A stretch of DNA of 64,000 bases from Hydrolagus colliei (taxonomy: Eukaryota): NCBI GenBank assembly GCA_035084275.1, contig CM068742.1, positions 86,180,001 to 86,244,000 of the forward strand, in the 5' to 3' direction. The position numbers and the translations under genes were made by a program. The notes under the pieces were generated by a model that did not search any database, was not told where the DNA came from, and saw nothing but the letters and a program-made list of their open reading frames with translations. Shown piece after piece: positions 50,372-64,000 of this stretch. Positions within the stretch are counted from its first letter, which is position 1, and each line of letters starts with the position of its first letter.

Positions 50372-51820
50372 ATTCATTTTATTCACTTTAAAATTGTCAA
50401 GGGAGTTGACAAAGAAGTTCTATTTCCAGGGAATGCTCAGTCATGTTATTATAAAACCAATGAGTGCTGCGCTTTTGAGCTGTACCAAGACTCCATTACG
50501 TATAGTATAGAAACAAGTATATTTCAAAACTGCATTGAAGCTGCTGAACGCATGATGACTTGCATTTATATACAGTATTGCCTTCCCCATACAATTTCTA
50601 ATTTATAGAGAAACAGTTGGATTGAATAGCACTACGGATACTATTAATAATCCTTGCATTTGATATGGTGCCTTTAACATCAGGAGGTCATCGGAAAGTT
50701 CCTCACAAGATGTTTTTTATTGTAAAGTTTAGTAAATGTTTGTGACCATATTACCACCACCCAAGCCTGACTCCATTTGCATCCCATCACATAGATGAAG
50801 TTTGTGGTCCTCACCTTCAAAACACTGACTATCCAGTGCCTTGGGACGTCCTCCTGATGTGAAAGGAGCTATTCAAAAGTAAATTTGTTATTATTGTTTT
50901 GTACATAGCAGCCAATTTGCAATAGCAAGTCCACAAAACAGTCAAAAAGTAGTTGACAATGTGCTAATGGATCATATTATCCTACAGGAAATAATGTATA
51001 ATAAAGCTTGCATGTCATACAGTGGAGTATTACATTATTAAGACGTCTCAAAATGATTCACAAGATTTTATTATGAAGTGTGGTGACTGAACATTTTGCA
51101 GGTGAAAGCGGCAGCCAATTTGTTTGCAGCAAGGTCCCACAAACAGCCATAAAGCAAACAACCATATTTTCATCTAGGATGGGCAGTGGGGGTGGTTATT
51201 GATCAGGACACGAGACACAGTCTCTTTACTTCTTGAATAGTGCCACAATATCTTTTAAATCAACCCAAATAGATACAGTAGATTGCACGTCTGAAAGATG
51301 GCAATGTTTCCCTAGTTTCTAAATTAACACTCAATTCAAGGCCTCAGGTCACAAGGGCTCTACTCTGTTTTTTTGGTGTTGTAATTTGCTTGTATTTTAT
51401 AATAGACTGGGTAAGGCAGAAAAAGAACTATTTCAGAACTAATAAAGCATCCCTGTTGGGCGATAGTAACCCAATTACCTGGTTAAGGAACAAAAAAATT
51501 ATTCATTATCTAATAAAAGGAGATGTTTCGGATGGAATAGATTCTTCAACTAAAATCTCTCACCTGGAATATTTAAATTAAAAGTGCCCCTTGCAATATT
51601 AACCAGTTCATTAAACACAGTTGTAGCGTGAACAAAGGGAAGGAAAGTAGACAAATTATTCGGAGTTAAACAAGCAACAAGAAGATCCCAACATGGCAAT
51701 TTAAAAACAAACTTGCCTGCATTCTCTATAAACCCAAACTGTACAAAATAATTTTCTTGTGCCCCTATCTATTTAAACAGGATTTTGACCCACAAAACAC
51801 AGTCAATTCATTTTACAGTA

Positions 51821-52430
51821 CAGGTAGACGCCGCTTAACGAAGGGGTTATGGACTTTAAAACCCTTTGTTATGCGAAAATTAATTAAGCAAGAGGTAGTT
51901 TTCCTTATTCTTATGGGAAAAAATCAGTTTGGTTCCTCGCGCTAACATTTTCAGATTTTAACATCAACACTAGCATTTGGCGCTAGGACCCAGTTGCATC
52001 AACCAGCCACGATGTCGCTTCTCTCTTAGGATTAAGGTAAATAACATAAATTCATTGTTTTTTAATATTATTTTTGATTGTGTTATTTTAACATTTATTG
52101 TTTTTGTTAGGTTATTGTATTTTTTTTGTGTTTAGTAAAAGAACAAGCAACTTACTCCCCCTAACCCCATGTTTTCCATAAGGCCTTGTATTTTCCAACC
52201 GCGGTTTTACTAACCACAGAGGTTTTCAGGAACGTACCCCCCGCGGTTGGGGAGAGATACCTGCCAGGAGAGATACTACCCATGAGAAGCTGCCCATGAG
52301 AAGCCGCGAGATTTAAAGTGTATGTAAACATTCGTTATAGCGAACGCAGCCTTCGTTAAACGGATAAGTGGTAGAAACAGAAACCTTCGTTATAGCGAAA
52401 ATTTGTTGATCGAACATTCGTTAACAGGGC
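51821..52430. mobile_element. Tigger/pogo-like non-autonomous DNA element (rearranged) inside a SINE tail fragment
   Basis: TA-CAGGTAGACGCCGCTTAACG start and repeated TTCGTTA subterminal motifs. SINE tail pieces flank it at 51790-51820 and 52430-52488. The right end is uncertain. Confidence 0.65.
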
Positions 52431-54296
52431 TTTGTAATGTCTCAAAGACATCTTAAGTTGCTACGCCAAATGCAAGGATTATTATTATGTCCTCTCGTTC
52501 TACTCTTCTAGTATGTCCTAAAATATTGTTCTGGATTTACATTTGCGATCCCTTTTAGAGGCATATCTATAAAGTTTTTATCTTCAAAAATCTGGTCTAT
52601 AGCTTGTTCTTACATACCACCAAAGCCTCTTCCAAAACCACTTCAATTTGCTTCTTCCCTTCCTGCCTTCAAAAATAGCCTTAATACAGTAAAATGATCT
52701 TTTTGATCAACAATGTTGAACTCTTATTTAACCCCGGGTGTCAACTATATTTGCTTTGAGATGTTATTTTTTTACATAGAAAACACTATATAAATGTATA
52801 TTATTATTGATTTGGATTTGATTGTGGTATTTTTGTTTCTGGCCAACACTTCCCAAGAGAAATTGGTCATTCATTTCATGGCTGCTTGGGGGACATTGCT
52901 GGTTGTAAATTGATTGCAGTGTTCAACTACAAATACACAGTCATTGCACTTTACAGCAATTCTCTGTGGAGTGCTTGAGATTTTTTACTTAATAGGCATG
53001 GTGTCAAAAACAAAGATTATCATTAACTATCCAATGAGTCTGTCTCAATAACATACATGAAGAAAGTGTACATTTCGTTATACCAATGGCTTTAGCATAT
53101 TTTAATAACTAAACAATAAATGATTTAAAGCCAAGCACAGTGTTTGGGAGTGAATGGTATTGAAAATATTTTGATGTCATAGATATTCCGATTTCAAGAT
53201 CCTCACACTCGCCAACAAATCACTTCAAGCCTTAGCACCTCACTAATTCGACCTGCTATCGCCTCACTCCTCTATCTACTCCCTTTGTTGATCAGGCTCG
53301 ATAATGTTGAGGTAAATATTCCATGGATGATGGATGCGTTGACTTATAGAATTCCTTGAATATAATTGAAAAGCCTCCCTGGTGGGTCAAAAGTTCACAG
53401 TCCAAGGAAGAGAAGAGCAGGAGAGAGCGTAAAGTAAATCAAGCTGTAGTGGTTAAGTGAACACAATGGATGGTGTTTAAAGGCCAGTAGGTTGCAAGAA
53501 GAAGGGAATAGTGAAGGTAAGGTGTTCGGGTTTTGACGTCCTCAGAAAGAACAGTTTCTGTAGAGGTGGTTTCAATGCACCCAGCGGGAAAGCAAGTGGG
53601 TAGGTGGTTAGGTTGCAGAAGTGGGGAAAGATGCCAAAAGACATAGTGAAAGAGGAAGGTCTTGAAACAATTTGTCCACATTATACTTAATTTGCCTTCC
53701 TTCTGACCAATTAATTAATATGTCTACATCCCCCGCCGCCACCCCTGAAGTTGCTCATAATCTTTATGCTTGGCTACACCCTCTATTTCATGTTGTTTGC
53801 AAATTTAGAAATTGTGTCCCTTGCACCAAAATCCAGATTATTCATATAAATGGAGAACAGCAATAGTCCTAACACTAATGACTAACACTTTTAATTGCAA
53901 ATGACAATTCTGTAATCACATCCTTTCTTTCCCATCCTTTAACCAACATTCTGTCCATCTATTTATACCACTTGCTCTAACTTTTATAACCAGTTTCCAA
54001 TGCAACACCTTGCTTAAATGTTTTGAAAATCCATATATAGTACAGTATACCAAGTGTCTATAAACAGAGCGCCATTACTCTTTTGGTTCTGTCCTTTTGT
54101 TTCATACAGAGATGTTACATTAGTTGCTCTTCAGTCCTCTGGCCCAAGTTGTGAATGCAAAAATTCATAAGAACATATACCTGTACTACTATTTCCTCAC
54201 TGACATCGCTGAACATTCTCCGATGCATGACATCAATCCCCAGGATTTTCCTCTATGATTTTCGCCAATTTCTTTAGCACCACTTCTTTTTCACAA

Positions 54297-54642
54297 GCTC
54301 CTGTGGCTCAGTGGTTAGAGCACTTGTCTTGCAAGCTGGGGAAACCAAGCTGGGGAGACCTGTGTTCGAATCCAGGCAGGTCAGGGCGAAACCTTGGGCA
54401 AGTTTCCTTACTCCACACGCCTAATAATAATCCCTCCACAAAAAACACAATAATAAAATTGGTCATTTCAATCCACGACTGTGTGTGGGACACTGCTGTG
54501 CGCAATTGGCTGCCGCGATTCGCCCACAAATATATACAGTCAATTCACTTCACAGTATATTCTGTGAAGCACTTTGGGACATTGATAAGATGTGGAAAGC
54601 GCTATATCAAATGCAAGGATTATTATTATTATTATTATTATT
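54297..54642 (+). mobile_element. SINE short form, variant with head duplication
   Basis: Same duplication and diagnostic changes as 46941-47280. Confidence 0.92.
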
Positions 54643-56374
54643 ATCTCTATTGCTGCATAGCCTCCTTTTGTACACTCAACATCTCAATGCCAGTCTCTTC
54701 TGTCAAGCAAACAAAATCACGGCTTTCTAATCATTCAGCCAATATTCTGTCCACATTCTCTCGAAAAACTGAGGAGAAATACTTACTGAGTATTTTTTTC
54801 TGAGGAGGAATACTCACTGAGTATACCTTCATTTTCTATGGCTGGATTCCCATTTTCATTTCCAATTGACCCTATTTATTTCTAGTATTTTTCTTTCTGT
54901 TTCCTGCAAGTCCCTTTTTTCATATCCTCTCCTGATTTTTTGGACAGCCGGGTGTCTGACACATGTGGAAACCCATCATCTGCTTAAGAATATACAAACG
55001 AAACTGAGAAGTTCATGCATCCCACCTACACACAACTAAACAACAAAATTTAATTTGTAGAGCACCTTTCACGTTGGGACTGATTGTTGGAATGGAGTGT
55101 ACACATTCTTCTTTGTGGGATATATCCTGCTTACTTAATTCCCAAACATATTATGAACAGATTGGCAAAAGTCAAAGCTTGGAGACCCCCAAATTGTGTG
55201 CTGGGGTAACTGCTAGAGTCCAACCAGTTAAATCCTCATTGCTTGCCATTGACATTCATTTCTCCCTTCCTGCCTTAATAGCATAAGACTACTTTTTTCT
55301 TCTGAATAGTGTTTAATTTGTGGGATGCCATGCATTCCATAACACAAGTAACTTTCGCAAATTATTTACACGTATGAGTTGACAATGAGCGCTTTCTGGG
55401 ATACAGAGAGAGAGTATGAAAGTGAGAAGGTGATGTTGAATTCATATAAAACCTTGGCTAAACCACATTTGGCGTACTGCCATAGGATCTTTAATGTCCA
55501 TCTGAAGTGCCAGATAGGACCCTAACTCCATTGTGTCATCATGCTTAAAAGTTTCCAAACTAAACCACTAAGAGATTCACAAATATATGGTTTCCGTTTG
55601 AGAAATATTTTGAAAATTAAAAGTCATGTTCAGTGCTCAAAGGATTAAAGTAAGATTTATCTTTGGAAATATCCATGCAAGTGAGAGATTTGAATCCAGA
55701 AATTTCAAAACACAATGAAGAAATGCGTACAAAATTTACAGCTATGCTGTAACAAGATGCGTCTGACAAACCCACACTATGCAAATGCATGTAAATTGTA
55801 ATTAGACAACTTAGCAGAGAAAGATTTAATGGTATAACGGCTCTTCCTGCTTTGCAAAAAAATTAAAAATCAATAGCTGGCAAACAGTGCATCATTCCTT
55901 TTAATGTCTGCACATAAAATTATAGAATTGAAAACAGGAACAATTAAAATGAAAGTATCACTTAGTTAGAAGCTGTCATGTGTCTATTGTGCTCAATTAG
56001 ATAGAGGCTTTATAAAGTGGGATTCAAACAAATTGATTGAAATTCATAGTTAAATGTTATAGAACAGCTTCTTGCAGGCTGGGTATGAATAAAGAATTGA
56101 ACATCTCCTCATGTTATAGCTTTTGTGAGACAATAACGACACTTCTGTTCAACCTGCCTCAAATATGTTGCCTGAATCTCCTCAGTGGAAGAGGACAGCT
56201 CATTATAAGTGGCAGAAAGCACCATAATTATAGAACATAAACTGCTAATGTTCTTTTACCAATCATGTGATCTATAAACCAGCAAATATTAACAGCAGGC
56301 TCTATAGATTCCCACAGAAGTTAGTTCCATGGCTGCTCTGTTTTGCTGGTGCTGTGAATTAACAATAATAATGA

Positions 56375-56684
56375 GGAGTGCTGTAGCTCAGTGGTTAGAG
56401 CGCTTGCCTTACAAGTGTGAGACCTGTGTTTGAATCCAGGCAGGTCAGGGCGAAACCTTGGGCAAGTTTCCTTACTCCACACGCCTAATAATAATCTGTC
56501 CAAAAAAAAACACAATAATAAAATTGGTCATTTCAATTTTGTGGGACACTGCTGTGGACAATTGGCTGCCACATTTCGCCCACAAACATACAGTCAATTC
56601 ACTTTAAAGTATATTTTGTGAAGGGCTTTGAGACATTGATTAGATGTGAAAAGCCCTATATCAAATGCAAGGATTATTATTATT
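56375..56684 (+). mobile_element. SINE, short form
   Basis: Full length with a small internal deletion. Confidence 0.9.
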
Positions 56685-58336
56685 ATAATAGTCCATGCAC
56701 ATCGCCTTATCATGTATTTGAGACGTCCCAAAGTGCTTCGCTTTAATATGCTTTAAAACGCATTGACTGTACAATCGGATGCAACCACCTTGTATCTATC
56801 ATCTTCAAACTGCAACACAAGACGGGTGGCTGGATGTTAAAGGTAACAGTACAGGTCCCGGGATTCAGCTCATTTTCTCTCTTGCCCTAAAATGTTTTTA
56901 TTTTACTTTCAAGCGTAATCAATGACAGTAACAGGTTGCCAAAAAAGTTGGTACACCAGACTCATTTAAAAAGCAGCTTGAGGCCTTGATGGGAGGAAAT
57001 TAGATTGGGTGTGTTCCTACCCACATTGCTGCTCACATTCCATTTAGTACCTTCTACTTGGTGCAATAAAGCAAAAATAAATTCTCTGTGTTATGAGTTT
57101 CCCAAGCTAACACTATAAATAACAGGGCTTTGAGACGTCAATAAGATGTGAAAAGTGCTATATTGAATGCTAGGATTATTGTTATTTTTATATATATTTA
57201 ATAGATTTTTAAGAGATTTTTGAACCAATGTAAATGCATTACATTATTTATTGTTAATTAAATCATGTTAAACAAATTGTATTCAGTAAAGCTACTGTTA
57301 GCCTAGATTATATAGCAGTTCTGCTTGAACAAAGGAAGGGATGATCTGATCAAGGTCTTTCAAATTGTGAGGAGTTTTTGATAGAGTCAATAGGCAAAAA
57401 ATATTTCCAATGGTCAGTGAGTCATTGACTAGAGGATATCCGTGTATCATAGCAAATGAATACATGGGGAGGTTAGATGATTTTTGTTTCCACACAGAGC
57501 AGTTTGAATATGGAATGCCTTCCTGAGATTGGCAGTTGAGCCAAAATCCATATCAGTTTTCTAACTTGAACTAGATTAATAGCGTACTTTAAAAAAGAAG
57601 AATCGACTGCAAAGAGATGTACAAAGGGCAGGTAAATAGGATTGAAATTATTGCAATTAAAAGAGACGGAACAGGTCAAATGGCTTCCTTCTGTACTGTA
57701 AATTTCTAGGCTTCTTTGGTAGAACAACGACAACAAAATTACATTTGTAGAGCACTATTCACGTCGGGAGGACATCCCACGGTGCTGGAAACATAACACC
57801 TAGGTACAGCTCAAGTTATACGAACTATAATGTTTGTCTAACTGTTGACATAATTCAAAGCAGATTGGTTGTGATCAGACTAGATTGGTTGTGATCAGAC
57901 AAGCATGCCAGACAAATAAACCCACAGGATTCTTAAGAACATCAAACTCACACTGAGAATTCCACAGATGCAGCAAATTTCTATTGGTTTGGAAGCAAAT
58001 GTTTTTCACTCTCCCGGGGGTACATTCACTGATTAACCTAATCTATAAAAAATATGTGTAAGATCTGCAAGACCCAAAGATTGGGGGTCACCCAGATATG
58101 TATTGTTGGGAGTTTAACCAGTTAGAATCTCACAGCTTGTTCATCTGAGCACTGTGTGGCAAGCTTCTTGCTATTTGTCCAGCTATGACTAACGTATCTA
58201 TTGGGGGCTTTGGTTTGCAGAGGTTAACAGGAGTTAAATGGGAGCAAGCTCTCCCGATGAGCTAGGCTGGCTCACCTGTCATCAGCAGTGCCTTGGAGGC
58301 ACGTCTACAACTGTACTGCTGGGGTCACCACAGAGA

Positions 58337-58660
58337 ATAATAATAACAATAATAATAATCCTTGCATTTGATATAGCACTTTTCACATCTTAATGACGTC
58401 TCAAAGTGCATCACAGAATATACTGTAAAGTGAATTGACTGTATATTTGTGGGCGAAATGCGGCAGACAATTGCGCACAGCAGTGTCCTACAAACAGTCG
58501 TGGATTGAAATGACCAATTTTATTATTGTGTTTTTTTGTGGCGGATTATTATTCCTTACGTGTGAAGTAAGGAAACTTGCCCAAGGTTTCGCCCTGATCT
58601 GCCTGGATTCAAACATGGTTCTCACGCTTATATGACGAGTGCTCTAACCACTGAGCTACA
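58337..58660 (-). mobile_element. SINE, short form
   Basis: Full-length match. Confidence 0.9.
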
Positions 58661-59837
58661 GAAGCTACAGAATTGACTCAATACCAGTATTCCATTAGCA
58701 AGCATGCCATCTTTGAGGTAGACTAGCTTGTTTTTACCTCCTCAGTTTCCTTGTGTACCCCTCAGCCCTCCAACTACACAGGAGGAATGTCTAACTATAA
58801 GAACAATTTTACTCTGGAAAAGAAGCCTGCGGAGCTGTTAAATTAATCAGTGTTAGTAATATGGAAGTTACTGTCGATCAGATTCCCTGATTTCTTTTCA
58901 ATAAATGACTGTAGTTTACTCTGGATTCCTGAGTAGTGAATGAATACAAATTTGCAGCATATAAATCCCCCACGCATATTCATGATGTGTTTGCTGCTGA
59001 ATTATGCATTATGAATAATGTATTAGACAGGTTAACCATGCTAAACAGAAAACTACTCAGCCAAAATATGTAATGCGTGGATCAGCATTATGTTTAGATC
59101 ATGACCTCTATAAAAAGTAGATGAAAACAGCCAATAGGCGAATCCTTATACCACAGCCCATTGAATCATTCATTCAATATCCAGTCTGAACAATAATAAC
59201 AAAGAGCATTCAGCAGAACCCTTTTTAATGGAAAGATGATTTAGTTACTAAAATATCTTGCAATCTCTGGGTAGTGTTTAATGGTGGATTGATTTAATGT
59301 GCTGAACTTGGAAACCAGCACATTGCAGATGATTCTCTACGTGAGGCAAGATTTTGTAATCGACTGTTAATTGAGATTGGATCTGATGCCTTTCCACCAG
59401 GAATCAATAGGATCTGGTTTGTCACAGATGGGAAGAAAGTCCAAACTAGTCTAGATCTATTCTGTGCAGTATTTCAGAGCATCCAGTAATCACAAAATGG
59501 ATTTCATTTTAGATGTGAAGTCTTTCAAATGATCCATTAAATCAAGGTTAATGTCTAAAACTGCACTGATAAGAAAAGCTCAAGCTATAAGATGCTCTGG
59601 TCTGCAACTAGAATACTGTGGATAGTTCTGGTCAATGAGACATAAAGAGGCTACCCAGACCTAGAAGCAGTTTCAAGCAGAAATTAGGTGTTCGAGGAAT
59701 GCTCTATGAACAATGGATTGCTTTGAGCAATGACTAGACAAGCTAGAACTCTTCAATTTTGATAGAAGACAATTTAGAGGGGACCCTGTAGAAGTGTATA
59801 ACCTTTTGAATGGGATTCAAAAAGTAATCCCAGATTA

Positions 59838-60125
59838 ATAATAATAATAATCCTTGCATTTGATATAGCACTTTTCATGTCTTCTAGCTGTCTCAAAGCG
59901 CTTCACAGAATATACTGAAAAGTGAATTGACTGTACACAGCAGGCAATTGTGTACAGCTGTGTCCCATAAACAGTTGGATAATTTAAGTGAACAATTTTT
60001 GTTTCTTGAGGGATTATTTTCAGGCATGTGAACTAAGAAAACTTGCCAAACATTTTGCCCTGACCAGGATGGAACCCAGTCTCTCGCTTGCGAGGTGAGT
60101 GCTCTAATCAGTGAGCTGAGGGACT
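59838..60125 (-). mobile_element. SINE, short form, diverged, abutting a CR1 fragment (59590-59835)
   Basis: Tail, partial Deu motif and head. Confidence 0.82.
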
Positions 60126-60870
60126 TATCAAGGACTACAGGACTTATTGATATGAAAATCCTCACATAACATCCTTCTACAACACTCTTCTTCAATTTTA
60201 GACTCATGATCATTTTACATTAGAGTGAAGGACGGGCTTTGTTCAACTTTAAATACGGTAAAGATTCTGTGAAGTGCTTTCAGATAAATACGGTAAAGAT
60301 TCTGTGAAGTGCTTTCAGATTTGTCAGTGACTTGATGAGGTGCTATAACAAAAGCAAGGATTCTTATAATTTTATGACATTTACTGGTCTTCCCCTTTCA
60401 TCCACTTTCTGTGCAGCAAGCAAAACTCTGTAAAGCTTTTTGGAAAAGAATCGGAGTGGAAATGAGGAGAATGTATTATTTATTTTACACACAACAATTT
60501 GTTACAATATGGAATGCACTGCCTGACAGTGTGGTGAAAGCAGATTCAAGAATAACATTTGAAAGGCAATTCGATAGATACTTGAAGCAAAAACAAATTG
60601 CAAGGTTATGGGGAAAGAACAGAGTGGAACTAATTGGAGACCTCTTTCAAGGTGCTGACTCAGGCACGATGGGCCAAATGGCCTCCTCCCATGTTGTATG
60701 ATTCTATGATTCACTTTGGGTTAGCTCATAGCATTCCATTTTAAGCTATGTGTGTTCTTATTCAGGTGAGGGATGCACAGCATCACTGGTACAGAATATA
60801 CCTAGTTTTAATGTCAAAGAGTTCTCGTATATAATGGATTGGAGGCAGCATCAAACTCGCTTTTGCAATT

Positions 60871-61320
60871 AATAATAATAACAATCCTTACTTTTTGATA
60901 TAGCACCTTATCACATCTTTAGGATCAATCAATCATTCAAAACTTACATTTATACAGCGCCTTTCACGTCGAGAGGACATCCCAAGGCGCTGTACAGTCA
61001 GGTAGGGACAAGAGCTGGGGGGAGGGCCAGGATGAAGGAGAGTAAGAGAATTGACTGTATATTTGTGGGCAAAATGCGGCAGCCAAATTGCGCACAGCAG
61101 TGTCCCACAAACAGTTGTGGATCGAGTGACCAAATCATTTCAACATTTATTTTGAAGGAATTATTACCGCTGGAAATGTGATCCGCCAATCGACTAACAA
61201 CTGTGTTTCCACTTACTGCTAGGTATACAGAGAATTGCCCAACTTTCCGCCTTGCCGGGAATTCAACCCAGGTCCTCATGCTTGCAAGGTGAGCGCTCTA
61301 ACTACCAAGCTACAGGACTC
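60871..61320 (-). mobile_element. SINE long form with an L2 3' piece inserted (~60935-61047)
   Basis: SINE parts flank an L2 hairpin GCGCCTT...AAGGCGC. Confidence 0.83.
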
Positions 61321-61934
61321 TACAATGCCTCATTAATATGCATTGAGCCTGACCTGAAAGAAGTGGGACATCTCTATTTTGAAAGTCTGTCTGAGTGATA
61401 CGACTTCAATATAACACAGAATTAAGGATTGTCAACTTACTCAATTGGAGGTGAAAGAAGACTAACCTTAACTTATTTCAAAGAGAGAGAGAGGAGGGTA
61501 AAGAAAAACTTTAAAGTCATCAATCTGACTATTCAATTATAGGTTCCAGAGTTGAAAAGTGCAATTCACCCAATCCCTCCCTCACAGAGCAGAAAGTCGC
61601 AGGCTCAAATTGTGGCCTGGGCCTTGTTAGCTAAAGCATCAATCAGGATGCTGCAATTAGCCTTAGTTTACCCTAATTACTGTTCAGCCACCTCAGTTCG
61701 AAAAGGGTGTGTATGAGGAATGGATTGGGCTTAGCTATGCCCCATTCGCCTGCTGTAAATAGCCTTTTTTACATTCTCAGTCATGATTCACATGTGATTA
61801 ACCACAATAACCTGGACAAGTTATTGGACTCACACATGTGAAGCGTGGAAGCAAAATGCGTTAGAATAACAGAGGCAGGCCAGACACCTAATTAGTTTAC
61901 AAGTCAAATAATAATAATATAAAATAATAATTAT

Positions 61935-62715
61935 AACAACAACAACTTTAATTTATATAGCGCCCTCCACGCCAGACGGCGTCTCAGAGCGCTTCACCGT
62001 AGCGGATCCCGGGACCGAGCCAGGAGCAGTGGCAGGAAGGTGACCAAAAGCTTGGTCGAAGAGAAAGGTCTTTGACTGTGACCTGAAACTGGAAAGAGAG
62101 GGGGCGAGGCGAAGCGAGTGAGGAAGGGAGTTCCAGAGCCTCGGGGCGTAGTGGCTAAAGGCATAAAGGCACAGCCGCCGAGGGTGGAGCGGAGGACTCG
62201 GGGGACATGGAGGAGGCCAGACCCAGAGGAGTGAAGGCAGCAGGTGCTGGGTTGGGAGGAGAGGAGATCGGAGAAATAGGGGGGGTGCAGAGGATGGAGG
62301 GATTTGAAAACAAGGGTGAGGATCTTGAGGTCGATCCTCTCTGGGATAGGGAGCCAGTGAAGTCTGGCAAGGACTGGGGTAATGGGGGAGCGAAGCTTAG
62401 AGCGGGTGAGTATGCGGGCGGCAGAGTTTTGGATTAGCTGGATTTTGTGGATTGTGGTGGAGGGGAGACCGGCGAGGAAGGCGTTGCAATAGTCCAGCTG
62501 AGAGGTGACAAACGTGTGGACCAAGGTTTCGGGGCCAGGGGTAGAAAGGTGACTGAAGGCACGGTCGAAGAGAAAGGTATTTAGCTGAGATCTGAAACTG
62601 GGAAGAGAGGGGGCGAGGTGAAGGGATGATGGGAGTGAGGAAGGGAGTTTCAGACTTACAACAACTTGCTGAAGGCACGGCTGTCGATGGTGGAGCGGAG
62701 GATTTGGGGGACGAG
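61935..62715 (-). mobile_element. L2 LINE 3' fragments in tandem (second subfamily)
   Basis: ORF 61994-62524 contains LDYCNAFLAGLP...QNSAARILT...LHWLPI. A second 3' piece lies at 62525-62715. Confidence 0.9.
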
Positions 62716-62742
62716 GAGGCTACCTGGTGGAGTGAAGGAATG

Positions 62743-62781
<39 letters not shown>

Positions 62782-64000
62782 TCCTTATATATATATATAT
62801 ATAAGGAATGGGAGGCAGAAGGGACGGTTCTATCTCCAGGTGTGTTGGGATTAATAGAGGTCTAACACAGTTTATTTTCTAGTCTGGAGTCTGTGTTGCT
62901 GAATCAAGGAAAGAAATAAGCATCACAGCTAAAAAGCTGTTCTGATGACAACCAGTTGTTGTTTAGCAATCTGCTTCAATCTATCACCAGCTGGACTTTT
63001 ACTTTAATCACAGTACATTCATATTGTTTCCTACCAGTTTTGCATTCACCCTTTTGACAAGTCAATCTATGCAAGCAATGCCATTAATTTTAATAAGTGA
63101 GCTGGTCTTATTCTTAAGGGTAAGTAGTCACACATGTGCTACGGCAGGTGGATTTCATTTATATAAGATAGCAAAAGGCATGAAATGCAGTGACCAGGAT
63201 ACAAATTGCAGTTGTGGTCTGGTTGTCATAAAACAATAAGATTAGTGGTATCTTGGGAACACCACTAGCTCCACATTCCTATCAAGGATGTTCGCATAGA
63301 CATTAAAGATCGCATGGCACTATTCGAAAGAGAAGGGAGTTTCTGCCAGTATCCTGGCAAACAAACCCTGAGTTAAAATTGGTCATTCACGACTGACTTT
63401 GATACCATGACTGTTTGTGGGGCACTTTTGTATGCAATTGGCTGTCACATTTCTCCCACAAATGCACAGCCAATTCACTTTACAGTGTATTCTGTGAATA
63501 CAGAATATCAAATGCAAGGATTATTATTATAAGGCTGAAGGAAACCTGCCCTATCTGGGTCAGTCTTAAATATAATATTACTTAAGGTTCCATGACAACT
63601 CAGGTTAATACAACTCTAGACAGCTTTTTTCCCCCTCTATCGAAAGTCTTGACTGTCTGTACGGTACAGAACAATACAGTACAGAAATTGAAACAACAAC
63701 TTGCATTTATATAACGCCCTTCAGGTAGGGTAGTGTCCCAGTGACCACACTATATCACACCAGAGTCAGCTTTCTTCATACGCAAGTAAGTGTGGATAGG
63801 CTGTTCAATCATGTGGAGCTTCATGGACCAATGCTTCAGTCATCTGACAGAAATCGACAAAGATAGTAAAGATTTCAGGGCACTGTCAGACCATTAGTCT
63901 ACCTCATCAAACCATTCAGCTTCACACAAGATTCCTTGATCCATCTGCATCTAAATGTAATAGCCACAAATCAATTTTGTTTCTAGTACCTTTTCATTTT

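Overview
Repeat-rich vertebrate genomic DNA, very probably a cartilaginous fish (chimaera/elephant-shark-like, inferred from the repeat families). The only host gene is the 3' end of GRID2 (glutamate receptor delta-2) on the minus strand: penultimate coding exon 28590-28830 (end of S2 plus M4), last coding exon 19356-19778 (cytoplasmic tail ending in the PDZ ligand GTSI), and a probable ~2.3 kb 3' UTR. Everything above 28.83 kb appears to be one intron of more than 35 kb. The rest is transposable elements: about 25 copies of a tRNA-head/CORE-like/Deu SINE with an L2-type tail, L2 and CR1 LINE 3' fragments, and a complete non-autonomous LTR element (5201-9729; tRNA-Arg PBS, PPT, GTGT TSD, coiled-coil plus CCHC gag remnant, 540-bp deletion in the 5' LTR). 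There is also an inverted pair of Tc2/pogo-type MITEs, hAT and Tigger MITEs nested in SINEs, an LF-SINE-like relic, and three Penelope-derived fold-back elements. One of these carries a minimal hammerhead ribozyme motif on each strand inside the GRID2 intron. I see no convincing wholly new biological system. The best leads are the intronic hammerheads, the covarying L2/SINE recognition hairpin with its ~60-nt mini-insertions, the capsid-less LTR element, and the complementary C-rich/G-rich tracts bracketing the M4 exon. All family names come from recalled consensus sequences, not database searches.
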